From a virus: a stretch of 64,000 nt of DNA. Below, one piece after another: positions 46,897 to 55,947 of the stretch. Below the pieces are notes generated by a model, which saw only the letters and a list, made by a program, of their open reading frames with translations, had not been told where the DNA came from and made no database searches. Made by a program: the position numbers and the translations under genes. Position 1 is the stretch's first letter. Every line of letters begins with the position of its first letter. The stretch spans positions 1-64,000 of IMG/VR virus record IMGVR_UViG_3300023174_000071. One strand, written 5' to 3'.

Positions 46897-46917
46897 CAAT
46901 TTCTGAAAAGATTGTTT

Positions 46918-46958
46918 AAGGCCGACAATGCTTAATTGCTTGTCGGCTTTTTCTTTTT
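46918..46958 (+). terminator. intrinsic terminator
   Basis: GCCGACAA...TTGTCGGC followed by a T-tract. Confidence 0.8.
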
Positions 46959-47025
46959 CAGATGGTTGTTTTCCAAAATCTAATGTTGCATGGGGGCTGT
47001 CAATCAAAAGAGGATTGCAGGGGAT

Positions 47026-48576
47026 ATGTGGGCTTTTTTATTTTTATTATTGGTAGGATGTTCTGAGAATCAGCTAAGACAAATTCAGCATACGGAACCG
47101 AATATATCTGTAACTCCGGTAGATATTGATTTTGGAACAGTAAATGTTTCCGAACCCGATAATCAAATCTTTCAGGAAGTTGAAGTTGAAAATAAAGGAA
47201 ATGAAACATTAGAAATAAGATCTATTTCTTTTGAATCTCCTCAGTCTTTATTTTCAATTACTCAACCGGATTCTTATTCTTTAGAACCATTAGAAAAGAC
47301 ATCCTTTTTAATTTTTTATAACCCTCAGTCTTTTTCTTCCGACTTTTCTACTTTGACAGTTTTCTCAAATGATCCGGAAACTTCAAAGCTTGATATTTCT
47401 TTAAAAGGTCAAGGTGGCGCTCCATCCATTCTTGTGGAACCAGAGTCTGCAGATTTTAATCAAACTCCAGTAGGCTGTTCCGACCAGATGACCGTAAAGA
47501 TATCAAATGTTGGAAACGTTCAATTATCTATTGATTCAATTGATTTTTTCGTTTCTTATCCAGAAGATATGTCTATCGATACAGCTTTAATTGACCCTTC
47601 TTTGTTCCCTATGGTCATTCAGCCTTTAGAATATATTGAGCTTCCAGTTAAATATATTCCAGATGATACCTTAATTGACTCTTCTTTCTTAAAGATAGAA
47701 TCTGATGATCCAGCAAGACCGGTTGTTTTTTCGGAACAATTTGGAGAGGGCGTTTATACAAATTGGAAAAAAGATATCTTTGAGAAAGATAGCACGCCGG
47801 TTTCTGACATCTTATTCGTAATCGACAACTCGGGTTCAATGGCTGAAGAACAAGCAAATATGGCGACAAACTTTGATTACTTTATGAATGCCTTAACTGC
47901 ATTATCTGTCGATTACCATATTGCAGTTATAACGACCGATTCTCCAGTTTTCAGAGGCCCCATTATTACAAATTTAAATCCAGATCCTATTTCAGAATTC
48001 GCTTATCAGGTTCAAGCTGGAACGAATGGTAGTTCATATGAAATGGGAATTGAAATGGCTTATCTTGCAACAAAAAGCGGAGGTCAAGCCTCTCCGGGTT
48101 CCTCTTTCTTTAGAAGCGCAGCTTATTTTTCAATCATCTTTATTTCCGATGAGGAAGATTCTTCTCCAAAATCTCATATGGATTATCTTTCCCATTTTCA
48201 ATCTTTAAAGGCAGCATCAAATTTAATTGTTTCTCACGCTATAGCTGGAGATTACCCATACGGATGTTCTACCGCCACATTTGGTGAGGGATATTTTGAA
48301 TTAGTAAATGATATGTCTGGTGATTTTCTTTCAATCTGCTCTTCTAGTTGGGGCGTCGGAATGGAATCTCTAGCCGTACAGGCCGCTGGGACTTCAACAT
48401 TTGTTTTATCAGATCAGCCAATTGAAGATTCCATTTCTGTATCTATTGATGGAGTGGACATATCTTTAGGTTGGATATATGATGTATCCTCAAATTCTAT
48501 TGTTTTTTCTTCGGGTTATGAACCTCAAGAAGGTCAAACAGTAGAAGTTAACTACGCCGTTAGAGAAGAATGCTAA
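47026..48576 (+). CDS. lipoprotein with two Ig-like (choice-of-anchor D/ASH) domains and a vWA domain
   Basis: Lipobox LVGC; IDFG..V.N.G...L.I repeated twice; DILFVIDNSGSMAEEQ MIDAS, ITTD, ISDEED. Confidence 0.85.
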   Translation: MWAFLFLLLVGCSENQLRQIQHTEPNISVTPVDIDFGTVNVSEPDNQIFQEVEVENKGNETLEIRSISFESPQSLFSITQPDSYSLEPLEKTSFLIFYNPQSFSSDFSTLTVFSNDPETSKLDISLKGQGGAPSILVEPESADFNQTPVGCSDQMTVKISNVGNVQLSIDSIDFFVSYPEDMSIDTALIDPSLFPMVIQPLEYIELPVKYIPDDTLIDSSFLKIESDDPARPVVFSEQFGEGVYTNWKKDIFEKDSTPVSDILFVIDNSGSMAEEQANMATNFDYFMNALTALSVDYHIAVITTDSPVFRGPIITNLNPDPISEFAYQVQAGTNGSSYEMGIEMAYLATKSGGQASPGSSFFRSAAYFSIIFISDEEDSSPKSHMDYLSHFQSLKAASNLIVSHAIAGDYPYGCSTATFGEGYFELVNDMSGDFLSICSSSWGVGMESLAVQAAGTSTFVLSDQPIEDSISVSIDGVDISLGWIYDVSSNSIVFSSGYEPQEGQTVEVNYAVREEC

Positions 48577-48607
48577 TTTTTAGAAAAGCAATGATAGGAG
48601 ATATATA

Positions 48608-48976
48608 ATGTCAAAACGACTTCTAGGTGTTATGGTTAAGGGTCCAAAGGTTCTCGACAAATCACGAGTTCCTTATGCTATCAAGCAGGCCGCAAAGAAA
48701 GCTCCATTTGAATTTGATGAGCAGAAAGTTGCTTGGGGCGCTCAGGTTGTTCAAGAATTTATTTCTTTTTGGGAAAACCCAACGCATCTAGACGTTGTGA
48801 AGATGCCAGATCCTGACGATAGCAAGAGCGTTATTTTATTTGCTGGCGATTCTGTAGAAGTTCAGATGGGCTCTGCGGGTAAGCTGGAATATCAGCATGA
48901 ACCAAAGGGTCGGGCTTATCAAATTCTCCGAACCTCAATGCTAGCAGGATTTCTTCCTCTATTTGGTTTGCGCTAG
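48608..48976 (+). CDS. hypothetical protein
   Basis: 122 aa, AGGAG RBS. Confidence 0.65.
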   Translation: MSKRLLGVMVKGPKVLDKSRVPYAIKQAAKKAPFEFDEQKVAWGAQVVQEFISFWENPTHLDVVKMPDPDDSKSVILFAGDSVEVQMGSAGKLEYQHEPKGRAYQILRTSMLAGFLPLFGLR

Positions 48977-49237
48977 TTTTTTAATTTCAACAACAAGTGG
49001 CTCCGAACCTTTTATAACTCGGTGCCACGTTCCTTGAGGGATGAAGATTTGTTCTTCGTCCCTTAAGTTTTTTGGAAGTTCATTATCGAATTGTAATTTC
49101 CATCCGCCACATTTCTTGATGGTAACGATTCGATCTTCTAAGTCTGTATGCCAAATTAGTTCTTGAGATGGAGTTGTTGGATCGAATGTTCTTTCCAGAA
49201 CTCCATTTTCATTTCTTTCTTTGAATGGAAAATTCAT
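48959..49237 (-). CDS. cupin-like protein
   Basis: WHTDLEDR...IFIPQGTWHRVIKG. Confidence 0.75.
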   Translation of the reverse strand: MNFPFKERNENGVLERTFDPTTPSQELIWHTDLEDRIVTIKKCGGWKLQFDNELPKNLRDEEQIFIPQGTWHRVIKGSEPLVVEIKKLAQTK

Positions 49238-49249
49238 TTGGCTAAAATT

Positions 49250-49900
49250 TTACCAATTTGGTGGAAATCTGCAAGCCCAATATCCGGCGGTTGTTTTATC
49301 TTTCTTTGCTTTGCAGTTATGTCTTGCTCTAAAACTTTTTCTTGCCTTAGCGTTACCCGCTCTTGTTTTTAGATTCGGATCGCCAAATGTGATTCGCTTT
49401 ACTCTGTCGCCATCTTTAACATAAACAACAGATTTTTTCTTTCCATATCCAGGTTCGCCCTTTCTTATGTATCTTGGCTTATTGATGGAAACATTTTTTC
49501 CTTTATATTCCGCCGCAATCTTAAGCATTTCATCTTCGTTTTCTAAAGCAATTGGGCAATCGAGAGGAACGAGTTGACCTTCATATTCGGCAAACTTTCC
49601 AAAATCACTATCTAAAATTTCATGGCTAGATTTGTCTACGATGAGTTTGCCTTGTTCAACCATTTCTCTGGCTTCATTAATTAGATAGAAGTGACTCTCT
49701 GAAAATTCTCTAAAAACAGGATCGGTGAGGGGGATATCATTTTCTAAATGGTAAGCTAAACCATCTGAAAATGAAGCGGTCTTATCGAGTAGTATGATAT
49801 TGCGACCGTTACCGTCTAAAATTCCCTGAAGAAGTAAAGCTTCTTTTTTAAGATCTGCTTGTTTTAGAAATTGAATAAGATGATTTATTTTTTCTTTCAT
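49250..49900 (-). CDS. conserved phage protein with tagged N-terminus and basic C-terminal domain
   Basis: GAGG RBS before MKEKINHLIQFLKQADLKKEA; C-domain ITFGDP...RKSFRARHNC...TAGYWACR. Confidence 0.75.
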   Translation of the reverse strand: MKEKINHLIQFLKQADLKKEALLLQGILDGNGRNIILLDKTASFSDGLAYHLENDIPLTDPVFREFSESHFYLINEAREMVEQGKLIVDKSSHEILDSDFGKFAEYEGQLVPLDCPIALENEDEMLKIAAEYKGKNVSINKPRYIRKGEPGYGKKKSVVYVKDGDRVKRITFGDPNLKTRAGNAKARKSFRARHNCKAKKDKTTAGYWACRFPPNW

Positions 49901-49949
49901 TTTTGATTCCTCAACTAATATAGTTAGGAATATAGATAGGAGATTTATA

Positions 49950-50309
49950 ATGCTTGAAAAACTCGTAAAAATTGCAAACCGTCTTGACCAACTTGGCGAA
50001 ACCAAGCTTGCCGATGAAGTCGATGCGCTTGTTCGTAAGATCGCTAGCGACCTTCATAAGGGTATGAAGAAGGATGGTGAGATTCTAGAAATTGGAACGC
50101 ACATCGTTCACCCCGGAGAAACCCTTGGCCAAATTACAATTGATCGTAGAGGATCTTTTTCTGAAGTTACGGTTGAAGATAATTTAAAGCTAAATCCAGG
50201 TCTTAATCCTTCTAAATTACAGATAGGTAAAGAAATTAAAGTTTGGCAATCTTCTGCGTTTGAAGGCGGTGTTCCAGTAGAAGGAATGGAGCCTCTTCCA
50301 GAAGTATAA
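49950..50309 (+). CDS. LysM-domain protein with N-terminal helical KxA tag
   Basis: MLEKLVKIANRLDQLGETKLADEVDALVRKIA; HIVHPGETLGQI...LNPGLNPSKLQIGKEIKV LysM. Confidence 0.85.
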   Translation: MLEKLVKIANRLDQLGETKLADEVDALVRKIASDLHKGMKKDGEILEIGTHIVHPGETLGQITIDRRGSFSEVTVEDNLKLNPGLNPSKLQIGKEIKVWQSSAFEGGVPVEGMEPLPEV

Positions 50310-50381
50310 TTTTTATTTTTTAAGCATGCTTGATTATAAAATTAAGCATGCTTTTCTTTTGTAAAAAGTAAAATCTCCAAC

Positions 50382-50681
50382 ATGAAGAAAGTTGGAGAGC
50401 ATCTTTATATTATTCAAAGCGCTGTTACCGGTGCTGTTAAAATTGGCCGCTCTAATGATGTAGATAAGCGGCTAAAACAATTGCAAACAGGAAGTTCTTA
50501 TCGCTTGGTTCTTCTTGCTAGCTTTGAAAGCCAAGGTCACATGGAAGCATTTCTTCATAAGAAATTTGAGAGATATAAATCCTCAATGCAAGGAGAATGG
50601 TTCACTCATTATTGTTTACCAAACTTGCCGGATTGGATGTATGAGAAGTTACCATTTGACGATATGTGGTGGAAGCAGTAA
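50382..50681 (+). CDS. GIY-YIG (T5orf172/MUG113-like) protein
   Basis: LYII..VKIGRS...RLKQLQTG...E..LH...GEWF. Confidence 0.85.
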   Translation: MKKVGEHLYIIQSAVTGAVKIGRSNDVDKRLKQLQTGSSYRLVLLASFESQGHMEAFLHKKFERYKSSMQGEWFTHYCLPNLPDWMYEKLPFDDMWWKQ

Positions 50682-50683
50682 TC

Positions 50684-51247
50684 TCATTTTGGAATGGTTT
50701 CTAACATATCCAGCATTTTAAACCAAAGCTTCATCGTATTGTAAGCGTCATCAATAGCACGATGCTTTGTTCCTTTGAAATGCATACCATATTTTAAAAT
50801 ACTCTTTGCCAAACCACCTTGAGTCTTTTCGTTCCTAGAGATCATAAGACTTTGGTGGATTGTTTTTACGTTAATATAAGAATGACCGAGAATCCACTCG
50901 TAAGGCATACCCGTTTCTTGTAGTTGATTCTTGAGAAGATAATGGTCGCCTCCACCCCAAGTAACAACACATTGTTTAAATTTAAATGGCTTTAAATATT
51001 CACAAAGGTCATAATACGCTTCATGGAGAGGTTTTGCCGCATCAACATCTGCTTGCTTAATTGTAGTTAAGCGAATGATATATTCACTTAAATTTTCATT
51101 TGGATTTACAAAGAAGTGTTTTTTCTCTATAATTTCTCTCTTGTATGCATTTCCAACCGTTACACCAATTTCAATAATCTTTCCGGAAGGTTGGTTCATC
51201 TCTAAATCAAGACTTACATATATTGGAGAATTATGTTCTTCACTCAT
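50684..51247 (-). CDS. DEDDh 3'-5' exonuclease
   Basis: SLDLEM, IIEIG, TWGGGD, HRAIDDA. Confidence 0.88.
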   Translation of the reverse strand: MSEEHNSPIYVSLDLEMNQPSGKIIEIGVTVGNAYKREIIEKKHFFVNPNENLSEYIIRLTTIKQADVDAAKPLHEAYYDLCEYLKPFKFKQCVVTWGGGDHYLLKNQLQETGMPYEWILGHSYINVKTIHQSLMISRNEKTQGGLAKSILKYGMHFKGTKHRAIDDAYNTMKLWFKMLDMLETIPK

Positions 51248-51837
51248 GGGTTAACTCCAGATAGCAAAACAATTTGGCAAATATGCTCAAGACGTTCAAT
51301 ATGCTCAAATGCTGCCCAAGGAGAATTTGCAACAGCGGTGACTCCATGACCCATTTGTCCAACAATATCATATTTCAAATTCCCATCGCTGTCAACCCCC
51401 AGATTCTTTGCTGTCTCTTCACCTAAAATAACGGAAGTTACAGGTAAAATCGGGACCGATGGGCCAATACGAGTGTAGCGATATAATTCCGGGAAGTTAG
51501 AACAGATTTTCTGTAAATCAAAACCACGATACATAGCCGCAATTGTAGCAGTAGGATGAAGATGAACAACAGACCGTGTTACCTTTGAATCCTTTTGAAT
51601 TAAATAATGCATATGTAATTCGCCCGAAGGGTTCATGGAAGAAGGTATCTTTAATCCACCTTCTTCGATTTTTACTTTTGTAATATGCTCAGGTTCTATA
51701 ATCGTTTTGCGCCAACCAGATGGTGTTATATATAGAGTATTTCCCGTTTTTCTTTTTAGAGAAATATTGCCATCACGAGTTGTAATCCAACCTCGTTCAT
51801 AAGCTTTTCTCATTACATCACCAATTGAAGTCAGCAT
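51244..51837 (-). CDS. class II aldolase/adducin-family protein
   Basis: DGNIS, ITPSG, PSGELHMH, VVHLHP, GHGV. Confidence 0.88.
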   Translation of the reverse strand: MLTSIGDVMRKAYERGWITTRDGNISLKRKTGNTLYITPSGWRKTIIEPEHITKVKIEEGGLKIPSSMNPSGELHMHYLIQKDSKVTRSVVHLHPTATIAAMYRGFDLQKICSNFPELYRYTRIGPSVPILPVTSVILGEETAKNLGVDSDGNLKYDIVGQMGHGVTAVANSPWAAFEHIERLEHICQIVLLSGVNP

Positions 51838-51838
51838 T

Positions 51839-52099
51839 TTATTCCTTAAGGTTTTCTTCTTTTACCAATGAAAATAGTTGATAGGATAGCAATCTATCAC
51901 CACAAGGTTCTGAGCAACTAGTACATCCAGAGCAAAACTTTTTACCAATTGCTTTCAATGACTCTAATCTTTTTTCTATATGTTCTTCTGATTTAATTCT
52001 TATTTGTTTAAAATAGGTTTGTTGAGGGTTTTTCCAATCTTTAAATTGAGCAATAATTAAAAACATTTTATTTTTCCTATAATCTATTAATATCGACAA
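51839..52099 (-). CDS. small Cys-cluster hypothetical protein
   Basis: CSGCTSCSEPC. Confidence 0.55.
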   Translation of the reverse strand: MSILIDYRKNKMFLIIAQFKDWKNPQQTYFKQIRIKSEEHIEKRLESLKAIGKKFCSGCTSCSEPCGDRLLSYQLFSLVKEENLKE

Positions 52100-52125
52100 A
52101 AGAGTTTGATTCTCTGGAGGGAAAG

Positions 52126-52290
52126 ATGTGGCGTGAAGTTTTTAATGATAAAAAAGAAGTTCCTTTCTTCTTAGATGCAGACGACTGTACCGAAGAACAC
52201 GTTATCGAACCGGAAAAGAAGCAAGAAAAAGAAAAGGAACAAATCAAAAATATAACAAAAGAAGAAGCGTTAAAAAAACTTCTTTGGTAA
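52126..52290 (+). CDS. 54 aa hypothetical protein (not in the ORF track)
   Basis: GGAGG RBS; MWREVFNDKKEVPFFLD...EALKKLLW*. Confidence 0.5.
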   Translation: MWREVFNDKKEVPFFLDADDCTEEHVIEPEKKQEKEKEQIKNITKEEALKKLLW

Positions 52291-52570
52291 TCTTTTCTTT
52301 TTCTTTGCGAAAAGGTCATTAAAAACAGAAAAAATGCCCAGCAAAGCCAACGCTCCTATAATAGCGAAAAAAGCAAATTCATAATTTTCAGAATTGCTGT
52401 CCGAGAAAGATGAAAGAAAAAACATTTCTTCTCCGCTATATCAAACGGTAAAAATAGTCGAGCGTTGGCTTTGCCTTTTTTCTCCACTGATGTTAACGTT
52501 ACATCATCAGAACGCTCTTGTCTTAATGAGTGTCAACTGTTATTATTTCCTCATAACTTGAGGCGGAAAA

Positions 52571-52900
52571 ATGAGTACCGACGTTCCATCGAGTAAACTG
52601 GAAGAACGAGCAAAATATGCTATGCATTTATGGTTTCTTGTTTTTTCCGACACGCTGCCACCTGATTCAAAAATTGGAATTCGTTTAAATTTTGAATGGA
52701 GTGGTTATTTCTCCGCAAACTTGTTTATCAGCGTAAAAGAACAGGAAACAGGGAAGATTTTAGAAGTACCTTATCTTGATCAATATCGACCAACTAGAGC
52801 GGCAACACCTGAGATTGCTTTAGATAATCTCATTTATTATCTTGAAGCTGATACGAACAAACAGAAGAAACCAAAAGCTGAATCAAAGGAGAAGAAATGA
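52571..52900 (+). CDS. hypothetical protein
   Basis: 109 aa, ATGA-coupled to the next gene. Confidence 0.65.
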   Translation: MSTDVPSSKLEERAKYAMHLWFLVFSDTLPPDSKIGIRLNFEWSGYFSANLFISVKEQETGKILEVPYLDQYRPTRAATPEIALDNLIYYLEADTNKQKKPKAESKEKK

Positions 52901-53214
52901 GCGACAATAAACAGCCGGATCCGGTACCAAATGGCCATCCTGCACTTTGGGATTTGATCATCTCTGACATGAAAGGTCGAGATGAACTTGGTTTGAAAAA
53001 TTACGGAACAAGGTTGCAACCGTTTAATGGTCGCAGCGCTATTAAGGATGTTTACGAAGAACTTCTCGATGGTATGGTTTATCTAAAGCAGCTTCAGTTT
53101 GAGCTTCATTCTATCTCCACTCAGATTAAAGAAGTCGCAGAAATGATGGCTCAATCTGAAGCAAAAGAAAAGCTTGAAAATGTATCCTCAAAAATAGAGA
53201 CTTTTTTGCTTTAA
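52897..53214 (+). CDS. conserved small phage protein (possible all-alpha NTP-pyrophosphatase-like)
   Basis: RDELGLKNYGTRLQPFNGR..YEELLDGMVYLKQ. Confidence 0.6.
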   Translation: MSDNKQPDPVPNGHPALWDLIISDMKGRDELGLKNYGTRLQPFNGRSAIKDVYEELLDGMVYLKQLQFELHSISTQIKEVAEMMAQSEAKEKLENVSSKIETFLL

Positions 53215-53626
53215 CATGCCGCTAAAAAAAGAAAAGATATTTAATTGTATCGAATTCTTTTTTGAATTATTGATATTTTCTATTTGCATTATTACATTTT
53301 TGATAATGAAAACTATCATGAATGTTAAAAATAAAATAACAAATTGCATCATCAAAATGCTAAAAAACTAACATGATCATAGGAGTTCAAAACTAAAACA
53401 GAATAGAGGGAGAGAGAGATGAAGCCAATTGATTTTTTGGTTTGGTTCTTAGATATATTTTTATTTTTCCCACTATCTAATTTTGTTTTTTGGTTAATCG
53501 AGCACCCCTATTGGTTTTATAGTTTAACGTTTTTCACCATTGCAATGAGTTTGTTTTTTCTTTACAAAACAAAAAATCAATGAATTTTCCAATTCTGATT
53601 GAAATCAGTTCAATTAGAGAGGGAAC

Positions 53627-53896
53627 TTGGAAAAAGAAGTTAAAAGAATGAATGAAAAAGAAGTGCAAGACTTAATTTCAAGTCTAACTATCGAACATGA
53701 GATTCGATACCCTGTTCCTGGTGAAGTCTGGATTTCACCTGATTTTGAAGAAGCTTTAATAATTTTATCTGCCGAAGTTATTGGTAAAAATGATGAAACT
53801 ATTCCGGGCATAGTCTATCAAATAGGTAAAACCATGAGAGTGATGTCACTAGACACATTTGCAAAAAGCTTTATCAATAAAAAGGATTTAAAATGA
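53627..53896 (+). CDS. hypothetical protein
   Basis: PVPGEVW...IVYQ...RVMSLDTF. Confidence 0.55.
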   Translation: MEKEVKRMNEKEVQDLISSLTIEHEIRYPVPGEVWISPDFEEALIILSAEVIGKNDETIPGIVYQIGKTMRVMSLDTFAKSFINKKDLK

Positions 53897-54201
53897 GCAA
53901 GTTAGACATTTATAAGATTCCTGTATTCGAAGAAGATGACCGCTTTAAGCCAGTAACTGCTAGCCATTTTTTCATTAAGAAAGTTGGACTTCGCTATGCT
54001 TATCAGATCGAAGGCTCTCCTTGGTTTGTGTTTAAGAATGGAGAAACGGTAGACGATCTTTGTTTTGCTGATGCTTCCAGTAACAAGTTTTATACAATTG
54101 ATGAATTTATCTTGTCATATTCTATTCCGCCTAAGGTCAGAACGCTTATGACATATTTCTTTGTTAAACTCGGAAAGGAAACCGAACCCATCGGAGGCTG
54201 A
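53893..54201 (+). CDS. hypothetical protein
   Basis: 102 aa, ATGA-coupled. Confidence 0.6.
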   Translation: MSKLDIYKIPVFEEDDRFKPVTASHFFIKKVGLRYAYQIEGSPWFVFKNGETVDDLCFADASSNKFYTIDEFILSYSIPPKVRTLMTYFFVKLGKETEPIGG

Positions 54202-54481
54202 AGTGAATCGTCACGAAATTCTTATTTACGCAAAAGCTCATCCTCATACTCAAATTGAAGTTGAAAAAGAAGTCGAACTTGATATTCCCGGAGAAGATGA
54301 TGATGGTGCTTGGTTTTTAAATGGAATTTTAGTTGAAGGTCCGACGACACTTTGTCCCGGCGATCACATTAAGTATAAGCGAGGCGCTAATCCAAATAAG
54401 CAACCTCGCACTATACGTTGGCCATTTAGTTTTGGAAACTATACTGGCCAAGCGCCATGGGACCAGTTTGGTGACAATTAA
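54161..54481 (+). CDS. hypothetical protein (FHA-like strand pattern?)
   Basis: GAWFLNG...TTLCPGDHI. Confidence 0.5.
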   Translation: MLNSERKPNPSEAEVNRHEILIYAKAHPHTQIEVEKEVELDIPGEDDDGAWFLNGILVEGPTTLCPGDHIKYKRGANPNKQPRTIRWPFSFGNYTGQAPWDQFGDN

Positions 54482-55155
54482 AGAATTTTGATATTTTTAA
54501 TCGGCGTAATGATCGGCATAGTGGGTTGAGTTTCGGGCTCACCTTGAATATTATTAAATATTGGTGTCGCAATAGTTATTCCGATTAAATATCCCTTTTG
54601 GTTGAAAACTCCTCCTCCGCTAGAACCCGGAAGAGCAAAGCCGTTGGCAATATATAGATCATTATAAACCCAAGATATCATGCCCGGATTGACGAAAGCA
54701 ACTCTGCCTTCTGGGCAGCCTACTTGGAAAATATCATCTCCAACTTCAACATTTTCATGGGATATGTTTGCTGGTCTCATACCTTTTGGCGCAGCCTCTA
54801 TTGGATAGATCGCCCAATCTGATTTCATTGAATCGTCATTATCTAAATAAAAATCATCAAGTTCGGCGCACTCTTCTGGCGCCTCAATAAAGCAAGCTCT
54901 TTTTTTATTTTCTGGCATAGCGTTAGCAACATGTTCCGCTGTAACTATGCCCCAACCTATTCTTGAATCTTTAATTAAAGTTCCGCTTCCAATTGGTTTC
55001 CAGCCGTCTAAATCTACTTGAATAACTACGCTCTCCTTTATAATAGTTTTGATAACTTGTTTGTTGTTCCCTGAACCCCCAAATCCACTTTCCGGATGAC
55101 AAGCAAACAGCGCAAGAAGAATGAAACTGAGGAAGGGCTTAAATAAATTAAGCAT
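54478..55155 (-). CDS. trypsin-like serine protease, lipoprotein
   Basis: Lipobox LFAC; GSG, VTAEHV, DWAI, PGSSGGGVFN catalytic triad. Confidence 0.9.
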   Translation of the reverse strand: MLNLFKPFLSFILLALFACHPESGFGGSGNNKQVIKTIIKESVVIQVDLDGWKPIGSGTLIKDSRIGWGIVTAEHVANAMPENKKRACFIEAPEECAELDDFYLDNDDSMKSDWAIYPIEAAPKGMRPANISHENVEVGDDIFQVGCPEGRVAFVNPGMISWVYNDLYIANGFALPGSSGGGVFNQKGYLIGITIATPIFNNIQGEPETQPTMPIITPIKNIKIL

Positions 55156-55307
55156 GAAGCCTCCCCGGTTGCGTTTAGTCGCAATTTAATATCAAAAAAA
55201 TAGCAGAATAACAATCTGAGATATTAGCAGGTTCCGGATTGTTTGCTTGCATTTTCTTTTGATATTGAAAAGAATATTTATTATTTTCATCTGCTAATAG
55301 AGTAGCA

Positions 55308-55420
55308 TGTTTTGAAGGCGTAAGCTTTCTTCTTGAGATCATTTTGACTCAAGAACCCCCGTATCTAATTGAATGGGAAAACAAAAAAACTAATCGCACC
55401 TTTAAGGGCGAAAAAGGAGA
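55308..55420 (+). promoter_or_regulatory. structured 5' leader of the Hsp20 gene
   Basis: TGTTTT/AAAACA closes hairpins GAAGGC-GTAA-GCTTTC, TTCTTGAG/CTCAAGAA and CCC/GGG; a further TCGC/GCGA hairpin precedes the AAGGAG RBS. Confidence 0.5.
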
Positions 55421-55425
55421 ATAAA

Positions 55426-55920
55426 ATGAAAAAAGATAGCACAGCTGGAATTGCGTCAACACTAAACTCACGTACAAGAAATCGTTTGGCGCAAGAATTC
55501 GCAACACCATTTGATATGTTTTTCGATGAAGTTATGGCTCAAACTTTTCCCGGCTTTTCAGTTGGTTTTGGTCAAGATTTTTTTGAGAAAGGCAGTTATC
55601 CAAAAGTAAATATCATCAATAACGACGCTGCTGTGATTATTGAGGCGGCAGTTCCGGGCCTCGAAAAAGAGGATATCTCTATTGATCTATCTGAGGGTAT
55701 TCTTACTATTAGCGGCAAATCTAACCAATCTCATGACGCAAAGAATTATGTTCACCGAGAGATTAAGCGATCTAGTTTTTCAAGATCATTTAAGCTTGAT
55801 GAAAATTTGGACTGCGAAAAAATTGATGCTGAAATGAAAAATGGCTTGCTTCTTTTAAAGATTGAAAAGAAAAAGCCAGAAGAAGTTTTGCCAAAGATTC
55901 GTAGAATTTCTATTAGCTAA
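55426..55920 (+). CDS. small heat shock protein (Hsp20/alpha-crystallin)
   Basis: YPKVNI, AVPGLEKEDI, LTISG, SFSRSFKL, AEMKNGLL, C-terminal ISI. Confidence 0.93.
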   Translation: MKKDSTAGIASTLNSRTRNRLAQEFATPFDMFFDEVMAQTFPGFSVGFGQDFFEKGSYPKVNIINNDAAVIIEAAVPGLEKEDISIDLSEGILTISGKSNQSHDAKNYVHREIKRSSFSRSFKLDENLDCEKIDAEMKNGLLLLKIEKKKPEEVLPKIRRISIS

Positions 55921-55947
55921 TAGTTAAGTTTTAGCTATGGAGATAAG

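Noticed and set aside
45568-47007. Long antisense ORFs 45568-46317 and 46396-47007 (likewise 43825-44313, 1958-2443, 24621-25058)
   Set aside because: Shadow frames of well-supported genes on the opposite strand, with no RBS or recognisable motifs
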